A DNA stretch of 64,000 bases, taken from the NCBI GenBank assembly GCA_045658305.1, contig JAZOUT010000087.1, positions 1,046-65,045 of the forward strand. The letters are read 5' to 3'. The translations under genes were made by a program, and so were the position numbers. Each line of letters begins with the position of its first letter. Position 1 is the first letter of the stretch. The notes beneath the pieces are model-generated. The model did not search any database. It saw nothing but the letters and a program-made list of their open reading frames with translations, and was not told the origin of the DNA. Positions 9,019-19,718 of this stretch are shown here, in pieces. This stretch comes from Candidatus Aphodosoma sp. Lineage in GTDB: Bacteria; Bacteroidota; Bacteroidia; Bacteroidales; Paludibacteraceae.

Positions 9019-12000
9019 TTACTTAACTATCAATTTGCCTACATATAAATCGCCTGTTCCAGTGATAACTCGGATGTAGTACAAACCACTGACATTTATT
9101 CCACTAATAGAAATTGGATATTGAGTTGGATATTGCATTGCAATAATCTGACCCATAGAATTAACCACTTCTACACGCAAACCACATTGCTCTTCGGCAG
9201 TAAATTCACGATTTATGTAAGTTGTTTGTCCTTGACCTATAGGGTTAGGTGCAACAATCAATGGTAATGCATACACATTATCAATCGATGTACCTACTTC
9301 AAGAGTGAGAGTTACAATAGAATCACAACCTAACGATGTTACGAATGTCTCTTTATAAACACCAGCTTTAGTCAATGTTTTCTCTCCAAATTCGTAATAC
9401 TCACCTTGAATAATACCAACCGTAGTATCAACATGGACAGTAGGAACAAAGTCAACATGCAATTCAATAATAGAGTCGCAACCTTCGATAGTTTTCACTG
9501 TGCGATACAATACTGTGTCGGTCTTGATTTCTCCTGCTTGTGTTTTGAACCCGAAACCTACATATTCATATCCTTCACAAACATAATCTTCAAAGATACC
9601 GCGAGCTGGCTCCCTAACCGCTAAATTCAATGTAATGATAGAGTCACACCCAAGAATATTAACCATAGAGTCAACATAAACTCCTGCCTCGGTAAGCTCA
9701 CGTGCACCAAACAAATAACTTGAACCTTGACAAATAGTAGCATTAAGCTCTACAAATGTAGATAATACAGTTAAATTCAAGACTTCAATACTATCACAGC
9801 CATTTGCATTTGAATATCTACGTTCATAACGACCTGATGTAGTCAACAAAGTATCATTCCATTCAAAAGGCTCACTTTGACAAATAGTCAACGATGATTC
9901 ATGTGTTGTAGGAATAACAACAAGAGTAAGTATCTTGACAGAATCGCAAGAGCCAGAATTTGGAATTGTATCAACATAAATACCTGTTTCAGAATAAACG
10001 TTATTGCCAAATTTATAGCTTTCGCCTTCACAAATAGTGGCATAAATATTCTCACGCAAATCAAGCACCTCAAGGTGCAAATAAGCTACAGAATCACAGC
10101 CACAACTTGACATTCCACGATACCAAACTTCATATACATTAGTCTCAATACAAGCAATATCGCCCCACATGTAAATATCGCCACGACAAATTGTGTCGTA
10201 TGAATGACTTGAAGACATAGGGTTGACAGTAACTTCAAGATGCTTAAGCGTATCGCAATTGTCAGATGTAACAAATTTAGTAAATGTATTTACTCCAACA
10301 AACAATTCGTTACTTGAAACAGAAAATCCATAACCAACAAAGCCTTCACCTTGGCAAACTGATACTTTATCCGTTTTCTCGCCAGCATAACAAGCAACAC
10401 GCATATCATCAATACCAATTACTCCACCTTCTTTATTAGCTTTTGCATCAACTATAAATGCCAATTGGATAGTATCACCTTTATAAGCTGAAAGATCTAA
10501 CAATTTTTGTTGCCAACCTGAATGTCCACCTTCAAGAATTACATCAGAGAATTGACGTACACCTACACCTCTTACTTCTACTTTCAACTTATCGGTATGA
10601 GTGAGATTTCGATAACTATAGGAAAGAATGGTGTTATCTTCAACAAATACCATCGGTGAAAGAAGAACTGCAGTACCATACAACTCAGAAGTATTTACTG
10701 AAGCTGATTTATTACCAGCGTCCACTTTAATACTCCAATTTTTAGTATTATCAGTAAGAGTAGTTTCAGACATGTTATCCCAACATACAGGAATAGAGCC
10801 AGATGCAACATTTTCAAAGTTTTGCACAAATGTAGGCAATGCAACATCACAATCAGTTGTAAACATTGTCTCAATCCAATCAGACTCTTGACGAGGATTA
10901 TCAATAATACCACGTACTCGAACCCTATAAGTTGTAGCAGGAGACAAATTACTAAATAGATATGCCAAATTTGGAGTTGTACTATCTACTAACAATTCAG
11001 TTTCTTTATAAAGCTGCACCTGATAACGGTCGGCAAGACCCACCCATGAAACTTGAGCTAAAGTTTTTGCTATTGTGTCAACCTCCAATTGGTCAGGCGC
11101 ACCAAATTTAAGCACCTCTACTTTGAAATTATCAACACTTGCAAAAACTACTGAAAGTCCTGCATTCAACGTAAATCCTAAATCATAAACACCAGTCTCA
11201 CGAGGCACAAATACACGACGGACTTCACAATATTTCTCAGAGCTTACTTCTTGCTCAGCAAGCACCTCTTCTCCATTCTTCAACTGTAATGTTGTACGAC
11301 CATACTCTTTATCTACCACAGGCGACATGATACTCCATGCAGAAATACAATAATAAACCCCGCCTTCAAGATAGAATTGACGTGAAGCATTCACAACATT
11401 ATTACCATCAGCAAGAGTCAAATATTTAACACCTTCCATAGCATAAGCATTATAACCCATATCAACATCTGAAGAAACATAAACTAATTGACCAGCATGC
11501 TTATATGATGTAGTCCAACAATTATCCAAATTAGCTTCGTTGAGATAATTTTCAAAACCTTCAAAATAAGGATTTGCTTCTGTAACCTCAATTGGAGAGC
11601 AATCTGTTGTAAATGAAATCATTTGCCATTCAGATGCAATATTTTCATAACATTGTGCTTTCACGAACAAATAATATGTAGTACTACCCTTCAAACCTTC
11701 AAACGAAATTGTATCAGCAAATGTAGTATCAGTAGCAAATGCCAAATCCACATTATTAGATGCCGAAATCGCACAAACTGTAGCCGATTCATTATAATTT
11801 TTGAATGTTGCTGTAACAGATTGATAGTCCGAATCAAGCACTTTCAATTCATCAATTACAGCACAACTTTCCTTGTTAACCTCTACATTATCCAACCACA
11901 AAGGAAAAGTACCAGTATAATCACCCTTATTATACCATTGGACAACAAGTTTATATCTTCCAGGTTCAGAAATGAAGAATGGATTTTCAACATGAGTACT

Positions 12001-15000
12001 TGACAATTTACCCGACAATATACCACCATCAAGAGCTATACATTCGGCAGGAAGTGTAGCCACATAAGTTGTAACATTAACATTACCTATACGTTTACCA
12101 GCCTCAATATCATAAGATGCTGGAACAAGAAATACACGACCATAATCTAATTTAGAACCTTCAGATTTCCAATCGTATGATACGGCATATTGTCCTTTTT
12201 CAAAACTAAACAATCTATATGCATACGCAGCAGTCTCAATATTACTATCATAACCATATACCGCTGTTTCTGCTTTTTGAGGTTCAGATGTAATATACAA
12301 TGATTTAGAATCGTTACCAATTACAAAACCATTTTTTTGATTTCCATTCACAATTATCCATTGTGAATTTTCATCAGCATTACTAAAATCAGACACATAA
12401 GGGATAACCGCAGCGGCTTTTTCTGTTCGGAATGCTATAGATTGATAATTTGAACTTTCATCCTCACCACAAACCGAACGTACAAACAAATAGTAATCAG
12501 TAGCAGGTGTAAGATTTGTCAATTCTATTGTTTTTGTAGCAGATGAACCAGCAGATAGATAATCCTCAACATCGTTAGATTTACACAAACGATATTCATA
12601 AGTATCAGCATCTGAGATTGTATTAATTGCAATCTTGGCATTTACATCATCCACCATAATCAATTGCAATGACTGAGGCATTGGACATTGCACTTTACGA
12701 ACTGAAATATCATCTATTGCCAATGGAGTTTGAGCACCACCAGAAGCATTGTTATACCACTCAATAACCAAGTTATACTTAACTGCTTTGTCAAATACAA
12801 CATCGACTACAACATCATTCCATTTTGGAGAAACATTCAAACCTTTGTTGTCATTAGAAAGCATAATACAACCTGAAACTTCATCCATATAAGAACTAAT
12901 ACGTCTACCAGCAACAATCTCTTTATCAACAGGAGCAAGATAAATTTTTCCATAGTCGGCATTATAAGCATCAGTACGTTCACCCACACATTTCCAAGAA
13001 TAAGAAATAGTGTATTGACCTGGTTCAAAATCAAATAAGCGATAAACATACGAAGATGATGCACTTCCTATTGAATATTGATTCAATTGACCATCATTTG
13101 TAATATACAACGCTTTATCACCAGATTTAACACCTAACTTATCGTCTCCAACAACAAAATAGTTAGTTTGACCTTCACCACAATATACCCAGTTGTTACT
13201 TTCTTCATCTTCAAATCCTAAAGCATAAGGCAAAGTTGGAGCATTTGCAAGTGTACGGAAACTTATTGTTTCCCAATCTGAATATTTATCAGCAGAACAT
13301 TGACAACGAACTTCAAATTGATAATTAGTAGCAGGCAACAAATCAGTCAAAGAGACAGAAGGAGTTGCAACCGTTCCAGTCTTAACTTCTGTATTATTCC
13401 ACAAAAGACGATACTCGAACGCAGTTACTGAACTATTTTCGTGATTCCATGTCAATGTAACTCCATCAGACAATCGTTCAGAAACAACCAAACCGTCAAC
13501 AGTATAACAATAGTCAGATGGAACAATTTCGATATTATCGAGACCAGCCCAAATTGCTTGTCTATCTTTAGGGTTTTTATTGTAGCGGAATACGATATAT
13601 TTATCACTCAAATCAATCTTCGCATCTGCATCGGCAAATGAATAGAAATAAGATTCAAAACCATGAATTGATGTAAATGGTAATTCTACGAGACGAGTAT
13701 AAGATTGCTCAACATTAAGGTCTGCCATAACACCCAATTCCAAAGATGTTGCAACCGTTGGATAATCTGCATCATACTCATTACGATAATCGAATGATAT
13801 TTTAAGCTCACGAAGAGGTTTGCTCATCAATGGCAATGCAAAATACATACAGTTGTTAGGCGATGAAACCAATACCAAACCTTGAGTACCTGCACTTACA
13901 TAAGTACGAGTATTTAATTCAGCTGTAGGATATGGTTCTTCCAATGACTTAAAGCTAAATAATTTAAAGCAATTATCATTTAAAGAAGTTATTCCTTCAA
14001 AACCTTCGTAATAAGGGAAATCCACATCCATTAAACATGCAGTTTGGAATTCGATAGGTCCACGCCAATCGCTATAAGTATTAGAACCACAAACGGCACG
14101 AACATATACCTCATAATTTGAAAGCGGATTCAAACCTTGTATTTCAAAGTTTTTACTACTAATTGATATTGGAGTAGCTTTATTAGGGTCAAAGCCAACT
14201 TGCCCTACAACATACTGCCAATTTGAATTAAGAGTAGTATCATTCAAAGTGAATTTAGCAAAAGTATCATACGCCACAATGAGTTTTATACTTACCGGAC
14301 GTTTGCAGCTTTGCACTTCTTCGATTGAGAAATTATCAATCAAAACAAATGATTCACCTACACCAGAAGAGGTAGCTTCAATTCCGATACAAATATCATT
14401 ACCTACATATTTAGACAAATTAAAGTGTAATGACAAAGTATCAGTCATAAATGTATAACCGCTACCTAACACAATATCAAAATTATTTCCTCCATCTTTA
14501 GACAATAAAATACGAACACTACCACTATTTTCATTATACAAATCAAAAGACAACAATGCATCTGTAACGTCTTTTAAGTCAATAATTGGAGAAACCAACA
14601 TTGATGTATAATCCTTAGAATAAACAATTTGATTATAATCATCTACATCATATGGTTGTTTATAATAATAAGCACCCATTGTATGTATCCAATAGTTACC
14701 CTCTTTATTTGGATAAGCTAACCCTTGTTTCCAACATTGAGGATGGTCTGTACCTATAAATGTTTGATCATAAGGTAATCCGTAAGAAGCACATTCTGTT
14801 TTTATTTCACCAGCCTTAGACCACCAACTTCTATCTACATCAGAACAAATTGCACGAATTTCAAAGTTATATGTCGATGCTGAATTCAACCCTGAAATAA
14901 TTGCAGGATTTGTTGTTACAATAGTATCTACGACTAACTCACTCTTATAGTAACCATTTACTTGCCACTTAGTTGCAGAACCATTCTCATACCAACGAAT

Positions 15001-18000
15001 TTCACAACTATTTGTAGTTACATTTTCTGTATACACCTCTGTTGGAGACAAACAAGTAGGTATTTCAACAACTTCTAAATCATCGATAAAGAACTCAGTG
15101 CCATTACCTACAACAAATGCAATATGTTTAGCATCCGCAAATTCAGCGAAATCAGGTTTAGCCAAATCAGAAAGGTATGCAACAAACTCACTCCATTCAT
15201 AACTTTTACGCACAAAGACATCCGCAACAGATTCAAATGTTTCCAATGGATTTGTAATATCTTTCACAACACCTACTGAAATATGAGCATTATCTTTAGA
15301 GGCATGCACATATCCTTTCACAAGATAATTAGCCAATGACGAAACATTAAATTCAGGCAATATTGTCATTGATTCATACATCTTATACGAAACTTTACCA
15401 CTATATGCAACATAATTTGATGGTTCAGATTTACTTGTATATTCATTTGTCAAATTAGAAGACCAACAAACAATATTATTCAACTCTGGATCATCAAAAT
15501 TATCATAATACGGCAATTCAAAAGTAGAACAAATTGTACGAAATGTCTTCACATGACTCCATTCGCTTGGTTCAGCACACAATGAACGGAAAGAATAGTA
15601 ATACTCTTTGTTTGTTTGTAAGCCATTGATTTCATAGTGTTTTTCACGTATTGTATCGTGAGCAATATCTGCCACACCATACTCAGGGTCGAAATTAACA
15701 CTTGCCACCTTAACTTCCCAAACATCAGCAATAGAATGGAAGTCTATCTCTGCTGATTTTGCTGTAATTTTAGATTCTTTAATTTGAACAGGAGGAGCAC
15801 ATTCTATTTCTTTAACACTGAAATTATCAATAACAGAATTATTTTGCTGAACAGATATACCCCAAGTTATTGTATTTATACCAATATAATATACCCCATC
15901 TTTAGGTGCATTTATCCAACCTTTATACTCGCGCCACTCACTCACAAGTTCTTGTGTTACCATTGTATCTACGAGCATTGACATTTCAGGCTCAACAAAA
16001 TAAGCCAAACTCAAATTCATACCAAAATCACAATCTTGACGAGCCATTACAGACACTTCATAATTGCTATTTGCCTTCAAATAAAATGGACGTAACAACC
16101 ATGTATCATTATTATAAGGCAACGCAGCAAACATACTACCTTCATATGGCGTCATTGTAATTACTCCATCATCATTATATGTTCCTGTTTTTGCCACAAA
16201 TATACCATCAGCAGAAACATTAGCAACTTGTTGATAACAACCAAAAACATATTCGTCGACTGTAAAATTCTCAAATCCTTCAAAAAATGGATTATCAAAA
16301 TCAACAACAATAGGAGCACATTGAGTAGAGAATTGAAGAACAAACTCACTCCATGGTCCGTATGTACCATCAGCACATTTACGACGAGCATATAATTCAT
16401 AATCAGTTTGAGGAGTCAAGTCAGTAATAGTAACACTTGCACCAGTTGCATCAAAAATATTTCCTGTATTAGGATTAAATCCAGGCAAACCAACACTAAC
16501 TTGCCATACATCAACTTCAGAAGTCAAGTTTGTTACACGAGCTACATTTGTTTTAATAGAGTCAATCTTGACATCCATATAATCACACGATGTTTTCTCT
16601 CGTATCACAACATTATCAATATACATCGCCATTGTGCCTTGGTGTACACCTTCGAAGATTACGTACTTATTGCCTGACGCTGTAATAGTAAATTCATATT
16701 TATACCAACCTTCTTTTTCTACTTTTGGAGCAAACTGACTACCAACATTGATATATCCTAATTTAGTAGCATTATCAACATTAGGTTGATCATTAACCAA
16801 AATATTCAAACCCTCGTTATCAACAGCAGAAGTATTATCCATATCTTTAGGCTCAGGCATACGATAAAACCAGAACGAAACCACATATTCTTTGCCAGAA
16901 TTAAAAGTAAACTGAGGTGACACTAACGCCGACTTAATACCCGAACTTGATGTCTGCAATTTAGCAGATGCATCTCCAGACTTAATCAATTCTGGATTCC
17001 AAAATTTATCATCATTGCGCACCCATGCTTCATCTTTATAGTCTGTAGCAAATTGATCATTAGGATTTCCATATGCCTGACTTTGATATTGTCTCCAACA
17101 ATGAGGAGGGAAACGCTGTTCATCAAATGTTTGAATATATGGTAATGCTGTTATAGCATCACAATCAGTTTCAAATTTTTGAGCAAACTCAACAGGCTCA
17201 CCCATATCATCAGCACCACAATTTGAAATAACACGCGCATTAATTGTATATTGAGCACCTGGCGATAAGCTTGTAATATCTAATTCTGGTGTACCTTCTA
17301 CAACCAAAGTATTAGATATTTCATGTTGCCCACTTACCAAAGTGTATCTTACATTCCATTTAGATTCATTCAAACCTTTAGTCCATGATAATTTAACAGA
17401 ATTTGTAGTTATATTACTCAATTTAATATCGGACACCTTGCGACACAAAGGAGCTAATTTAACCTCTACATCATCAATAAACGTACCATACGAACCACCA
17501 CTCACACCTTCAAAAATAACATATACATTTCCAGCCAAAGGAATATTATATTCATATTTGTACCAACCCTCTTGTTCCTCTACTGGATACATTGTATAGA
17601 TACTATTAATAAAACCTAATTTTGTTCCACCAATAGTATCAGGACGATTGTTAACCCAAATATTCAAACCTTCATGTTCTTTTGCAGCATAAGTATAAAC
17701 AGCATCACGATACACCCACAATGACAAATCGTAATGAGTTGGAATATCAACGTATATAGGCTGAGTAACCAAGAGCGTATGAATTCCAGCTCTTGAATCA
17801 CGCAACTTAGCCGCATACTTTCCTTCGTACACTTCATCATAACTTGAATTTGATTTACTTAAAGTCCAAGCTTCATCACCATAATCAATTCCAGATGACA
17901 AACCGCCAGTAGAAGTAGGTTTTATTGTTTGACGCGAGAACCAACATTCAGGAGGAAATATTCCAGCTTCAAAACCTTCGAAGAAAATAGTCTCAGCTCT

Positions 18001-19575
18001 CACCCCACAAGATGTATGTATAGATATAACATTACTCCAAATAGAAGTGTCATTTTCACTACATATAGCACGCACTTTAATAGTATATGCCATATTTTTC
18101 TCTAAATCATCTATGGTGCAAGGATGAGAATTAACTTTATAAGATTTAGAAATTGTTATAACAGAATCTTTATCAGCAACTTTAGATTTTCCCACACTAT
18201 CTTTAGAAACCAATACCTCATAATTACCTGCTACAATATACTCATTCCAATCAATTATAGTGAAAGTAGAATCTGACACTATCTCTCTCAAATTTTCCAA
18301 TTTAGGACATGTTGGAGCTGTAGTAAATTTCATATTATCTACATACACTGTTGCATCTACCCCCGATGGCATAAACACAACCACAGCCATACCAACATCA
18401 ATCAAATCTGTCACAAGTGTATTAAATGTCAAATCTTCCCATTCATTATTTTTTTGAATTTCAACATTTTCCCACAAAGGAACAGCTTGCGACATATCAG
18501 TAGGATCTGGAGTTAAGAAAATAGAATATTTAGTACCCTTTTTCCCATAAATACTCATTCCTATTTCTATATTATTAGCAGCCTTATTCAATTGAGGAGA
18601 AATAAGATATGCTTCTGAAGAACTCGTTGATGTTAACTTAACTGCAGAAGTTCCTATTTTAATAGCTTCTTGCACTGACACACCAGATTTAGAACCCAAC
18701 CAACAATCAGGCAAAGTGTTCCAACCATCAAAAGAATGAGAGTATGGCAAATTTTGATTTGGACATAATGTTGTAAATTTTACAGTAGCAAAATCAGAAA
18801 TACCTTGTCCAGAAGCACTACAATTGGTTTTTAAAACAACCTCATAATTAGTAGAAGGAGTCAAACCTTCAACCTCATACATATAATCTTCAGCAACAAT
18901 TGTTTGATTAAAGACATTGGCATTTGTTTTCAAATCTTTAACCTGTAAATCAAAATCTGGTGATTTTGCTCCATCTTTACTCATTGACCAAATAAGAGAA
19001 ACCTTATTTTGATTAACGGACATTACAGACAAATCGATAGGACGAGCACAATTAGGCTTAGTAGCAACTTTAACATTGTCTATAATATACCATTCTGTTT
19101 CAAAAGTACCTTTACCGCCACATTCCAAACGAAAACCTATAGTTACACTATAACCTGCATAATCAGACAAGTCACAAGAAACCTCAGTCCAGCCTTTAGT
19201 TTGCACCTTAGCTAAAATAACCTCCTTAGCGCCATATTTCAGAAAAACAGACATTTGCGCTATTTGGCCAGGAGCATTAACATTAAAAGTCAATTGACAA
19301 CCAGCTGGTAACTGATTCAACATTGGAGTTGTTAAAGTGGCATACCCCTTTTGTGTTCCATTAATGGCTTGACATGCCACCGCTGATGAACCATTAAACC
19401 CAGAAGCATAATAAGCCCATTGATTCAAACCAGAAACATAGTCGCTATTATCCCAACCATTTGGAACTCCATAGCGAAGATTGTCGAAAGTTTCATTTAA
19501 TTGCGCACTTACATTTGATGCAAAAAGCACAAAAGAAACAATCAAAACAGCATAGTTTATAAAACGCTTAAACAT
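9019..19575 (-). CDS. Giant (3,518 aa) T9SS-secreted surface protein: signal peptide, ~12 beta-sandwich modules alternating with ~11 Fn3-like modules, a 7x Cys-repeat stalk and a T9SS C-terminal sorting domain
   Basis: Complete ORF. N-terminus MFKRFINYAVLIVSFVLFASNVSAQ. The module-start motif recurs (LPY..FD/FEGFE...CW, e.g. FFEGFEAGIFPPECW, PYIQTFDEQRFPPHCW, NPYFEGFENYL..NCW). The Fn3-like signature Y.[FV].[VA]R..C...S.W.....F.T.C occurs about 11 times. The C-terminus SGLYYIRVITGTGDLYVGKLIVK is typical of a T9SS CTD. Confidence 0.93.
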   Translation of the reverse strand: MFKRFINYAVLIVSFVLFASNVSAQLNETFDNLRYGVPNGWDNSDYVSGLNQWAYYASGFNGSSAVACQAINGTQKGYATLTTPMLNQLPAGCQLTFNVNAPGQIAQMSVFLKYGAKEVILAKVQTKGWTEVSCDLSDYAGYSVTIGFRLECGGKGTFETEWYIIDNVKVATKPNCARPIDLSVMSVNQNKVSLIWSMSKDGAKSPDFDLQVKDLKTNANVFNQTIVAEDYMYEVEGLTPSTNYEVVLKTNCSASGQGISDFATVKFTTLCPNQNLPYSHSFDGWNTLPDCWLGSKSGVSVQEAIKIGTSAVKLTSTSSSEAYLISPQLNKAANNIEIGMSIYGKKGTKYSIFLTPDPTDMSQAVPLWENVEIQKNNEWEDLTFNTLVTDLIDVGMAVVVFMPSGVDATVYVDNMKFTTAPTCPKLENLREIVSDSTFTIIDWNEYIVAGNYEVLVSKDSVGKSKVADKDSVITISKSYKVNSHPCTIDDLEKNMAYTIKVRAICSENDTSIWSNVISIHTSCGVRAETIFFEGFEAGIFPPECWFSRQTIKPTSTGGLSSGIDYGDEAWTLSKSNSSYDEVYEGKYAAKLRDSRAGIHTLLVTQPIYVDIPTHYDLSLWVYRDAVYTYAAKEHEGLNIWVNNRPDTIGGTKLGFINSIYTMYPVEEQEGWYKYEYNIPLAGNVYVIFEGVSGGSYGTFIDDVEVKLAPLCRKVSDIKLSNITTNSVKLSWTKGLNESKWNVRYTLVSGQHEISNTLVVEGTPELDITSLSPGAQYTINARVISNCGADDMGEPVEFAQKFETDCDAITALPYIQTFDEQRFPPHCWRQYQSQAYGNPNDQFATDYKDEAWVRNDDKFWNPELIKSGDASAKLQTSSSGIKSALVSPQFTFNSGKEYVVSFWFYRMPEPKDMDNTSAVDNEGLNILVNDQPNVDNATKLGYINVGSQFAPKVEKEGWYKYEFTITASGNKYVIFEGVHQGTMAMYIDNVVIREKTSCDYMDVKIDSIKTNVARVTNLTSEVDVWQVSVGLPGFNPNTGNIFDATGASVTITDLTPQTDYELYARRKCADGTYGPWSEFVLQFSTQCAPIVVDFDNPFFEGFENFTVDEYVFGCYQQVANVSADGIFVAKTGTYNDDGVITMTPYEGSMFAALPYNNDTWLLRPFYLKANSNYEVSVMARQDCDFGMNLSLAYFVEPEMSMLVDTMVTQELVSEWREYKGWINAPKDGVYYIGINTITWGISVQQNNSVIDNFSVKEIECAPPVQIKESKITAKSAEIDFHSIADVWEVKVASVNFDPEYGVADIAHDTIREKHYEINGLQTNKEYYYSFRSLCAEPSEWSHVKTFRTICSTFELPYYDNFDDPELNNIVCWSSNLTNEYTSKSEPSNYVAYSGKVSYKMYESMTILPEFNVSSLANYLVKGYVHASKDNAHISVGVVKDITNPLETFESVADVFVRKSYEWSEFVAYLSDLAKPDFAEFADAKHIAFVVGNGTEFFIDDLEVVEIPTCLSPTEVYTENVTTNSCEIRWYENGSATKWQVNGYYKSELVVDTIVTTNPAIISGLNSASTYNFEIRAICSDVDRSWWSKAGEIKTECASYGLPYDQTFIGTDHPQCWKQGLAYPNKEGNYWIHTMGAYYYKQPYDVDDYNQIVYSKDYTSMLVSPIIDLKDVTDALLSFDLYNENSGSVRILLSKDGGNNFDIVLGSGYTFMTDTLSLHFNLSKYVGNDICIGIEATSSGVGESFVLIDNFSIEEVQSCKRPVSIKLIVAYDTFAKFTLNDTTLNSNWQYVVGQVGFDPNKATPISISSKNFEIQGLNPLSNYEVYVRAVCGSNTYSDWRGPIEFQTACLMDVDFPYYEGFEGITSLNDNCFKLFSFKSLEEPYPTAELNTRTYVSAGTQGLVLVSSPNNCMYFALPLMSKPLRELKISFDYRNEYDADYPTVATSLELGVMADLNVEQSYTRLVELPFTSIHGFESYFYSFADADAKIDLSDKYIVFRYNKNPKDRQAIWAGLDNIEIVPSDYCYTVDGLVVSERLSDGVTLTWNHENSSVTAFEYRLLWNNTEVKTGTVATPSVSLTDLLPATNYQFEVRCQCSADKYSDWETISFRTLANAPTLPYALGFEDEESNNWVYCGEGQTNYFVVGDDKLGVKSGDKALYITNDGQLNQYSIGSASSSYVYRLFDFEPGQYTISYSWKCVGERTDAYNADYGKIYLAPVDKEIVAGRRISSYMDEVSGCIMLSNDNKGLNVSPKWNDVVVDVVFDKAVKYNLVIEWYNNASGGAQTPLAIDDISVRKVQCPMPQSLQLIMVDDVNAKIAINTISDADTYEYRLCKSNDVEDYLSAGSSATKTIELTNLTPATDYYLFVRSVCGEDESSNYQSIAFRTEKAAAVIPYVSDFSNADENSQWIIVNGNQKNGFVIGNDSKSLYITSEPQKAETAVYGYDSNIETAAYAYRLFSFEKGQYAVSYDWKSEGSKLDYGRVFLVPASYDIEAGKRIGNVNVTTYVATLPAECIALDGGILSGKLSSTHVENPFFISEPGRYKLVVQWYNKGDYTGTFPLWLDNVEVNKESCAVIDELKVLDSDYQSVTATFKNYNESATVCAISASNNVDLAFATDTTFADTISFEGLKGSTTYYLFVKAQCYENIASEWQMISFTTDCSPIEVTEANPYFEGFENYLNEANLDNCWTTSYKHAGQLVYVSSDVDMGYNAYAMEGVKYLTLADGNNVVNASRQFYLEGGVYYCISAWSIMSPVVDKEYGRTTLQLKNGEEVLAEQEVSSEKYCEVRRVFVPRETGVYDLGFTLNAGLSVVFASVDNFKVEVLKFGAPDQLEVDTIAKTLAQVSWVGLADRYQVQLYKETELLVDSTTPNLAYLFSNLSPATTYRVRVRGIIDNPRQESDWIETMFTTDCDVALPTFVQNFENVASGSIPVCWDNMSETTLTDNTKNWSIKVDAGNKSASVNTSELYGTAVLLSPMVFVEDNTILSYSYRNLTHTDKLKVEVRGVGVRQFSDVILEGGHSGWQQKLLDLSAYKGDTIQLAFIVDAKANKEGGVIGIDDMRVACYAGEKTDKVSVCQGEGFVGYGFSVSSNELFVGVNTFTKFVTSDNCDTLKHLEVTVNPMSSSHSYDTICRGDIYMWGDIACIETNVYEVWYRGMSSCGCDSVAYLHLEVLDLRENIYATICEGESYKFGNNVYSETGIYVDTIPNSGSCDSVKILTLVVIPTTHESSLTICQSEPFEWNDTLLTTSGRYERRYSNANGCDSIEVLNLTVLSTFVELNATICQGSSYLFGARELTEAGVYVDSMVNILGCDSIITLNLAVREPARGIFEDYVCEGYEYVGFGFKTQAGEIKTDTVLYRTVKTIEGCDSIIELHVDFVPTVHVDTTVGIIQGEYYEFGEKTLTKAGVYKETFVTSLGCDSIVTLTLEVGTSIDNVYALPLIVAPNPIGQGQTTYINREFTAEEQCGLRVEVVNSMGQIIAMQYPTQYPISISGINVSGLYYIRVITGTGDLYVGKLIVK

Positions 19576-19623
19576 AGATATATAGATTTATTTGTTAATA
19601 AATAAACAAAACAATTCACCTTG

Positions 19624-19631
19624 CAAATTTA
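19624..19631 (-). promoter_or_regulatory. -7 promoter motif TAAATTTG for 9019..19575
   Basis: The rc of caaattta matches TAnnTTTG, 49 nt upstream of the ATG at 19575. Confidence 0.55.
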
Positions 19632-19661
19632 ATAAAAATACTCGAAAATTACAAATATCAA

Positions 19662-19696
19662 CAAAAAGAGGTTAACTATCTATAAGCTAACCTCTT
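19662..19696 (-). terminator. Rho-independent terminator of ileS
   Basis: Stem agaggtta pairs with taacctct. A T-run follows on the minus strand (plus-strand aaaaa at 19663-19667). Confidence 0.7.
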
Positions 19697-19718
19697 AAAA
19701 TACCACAAGTAATATTTA

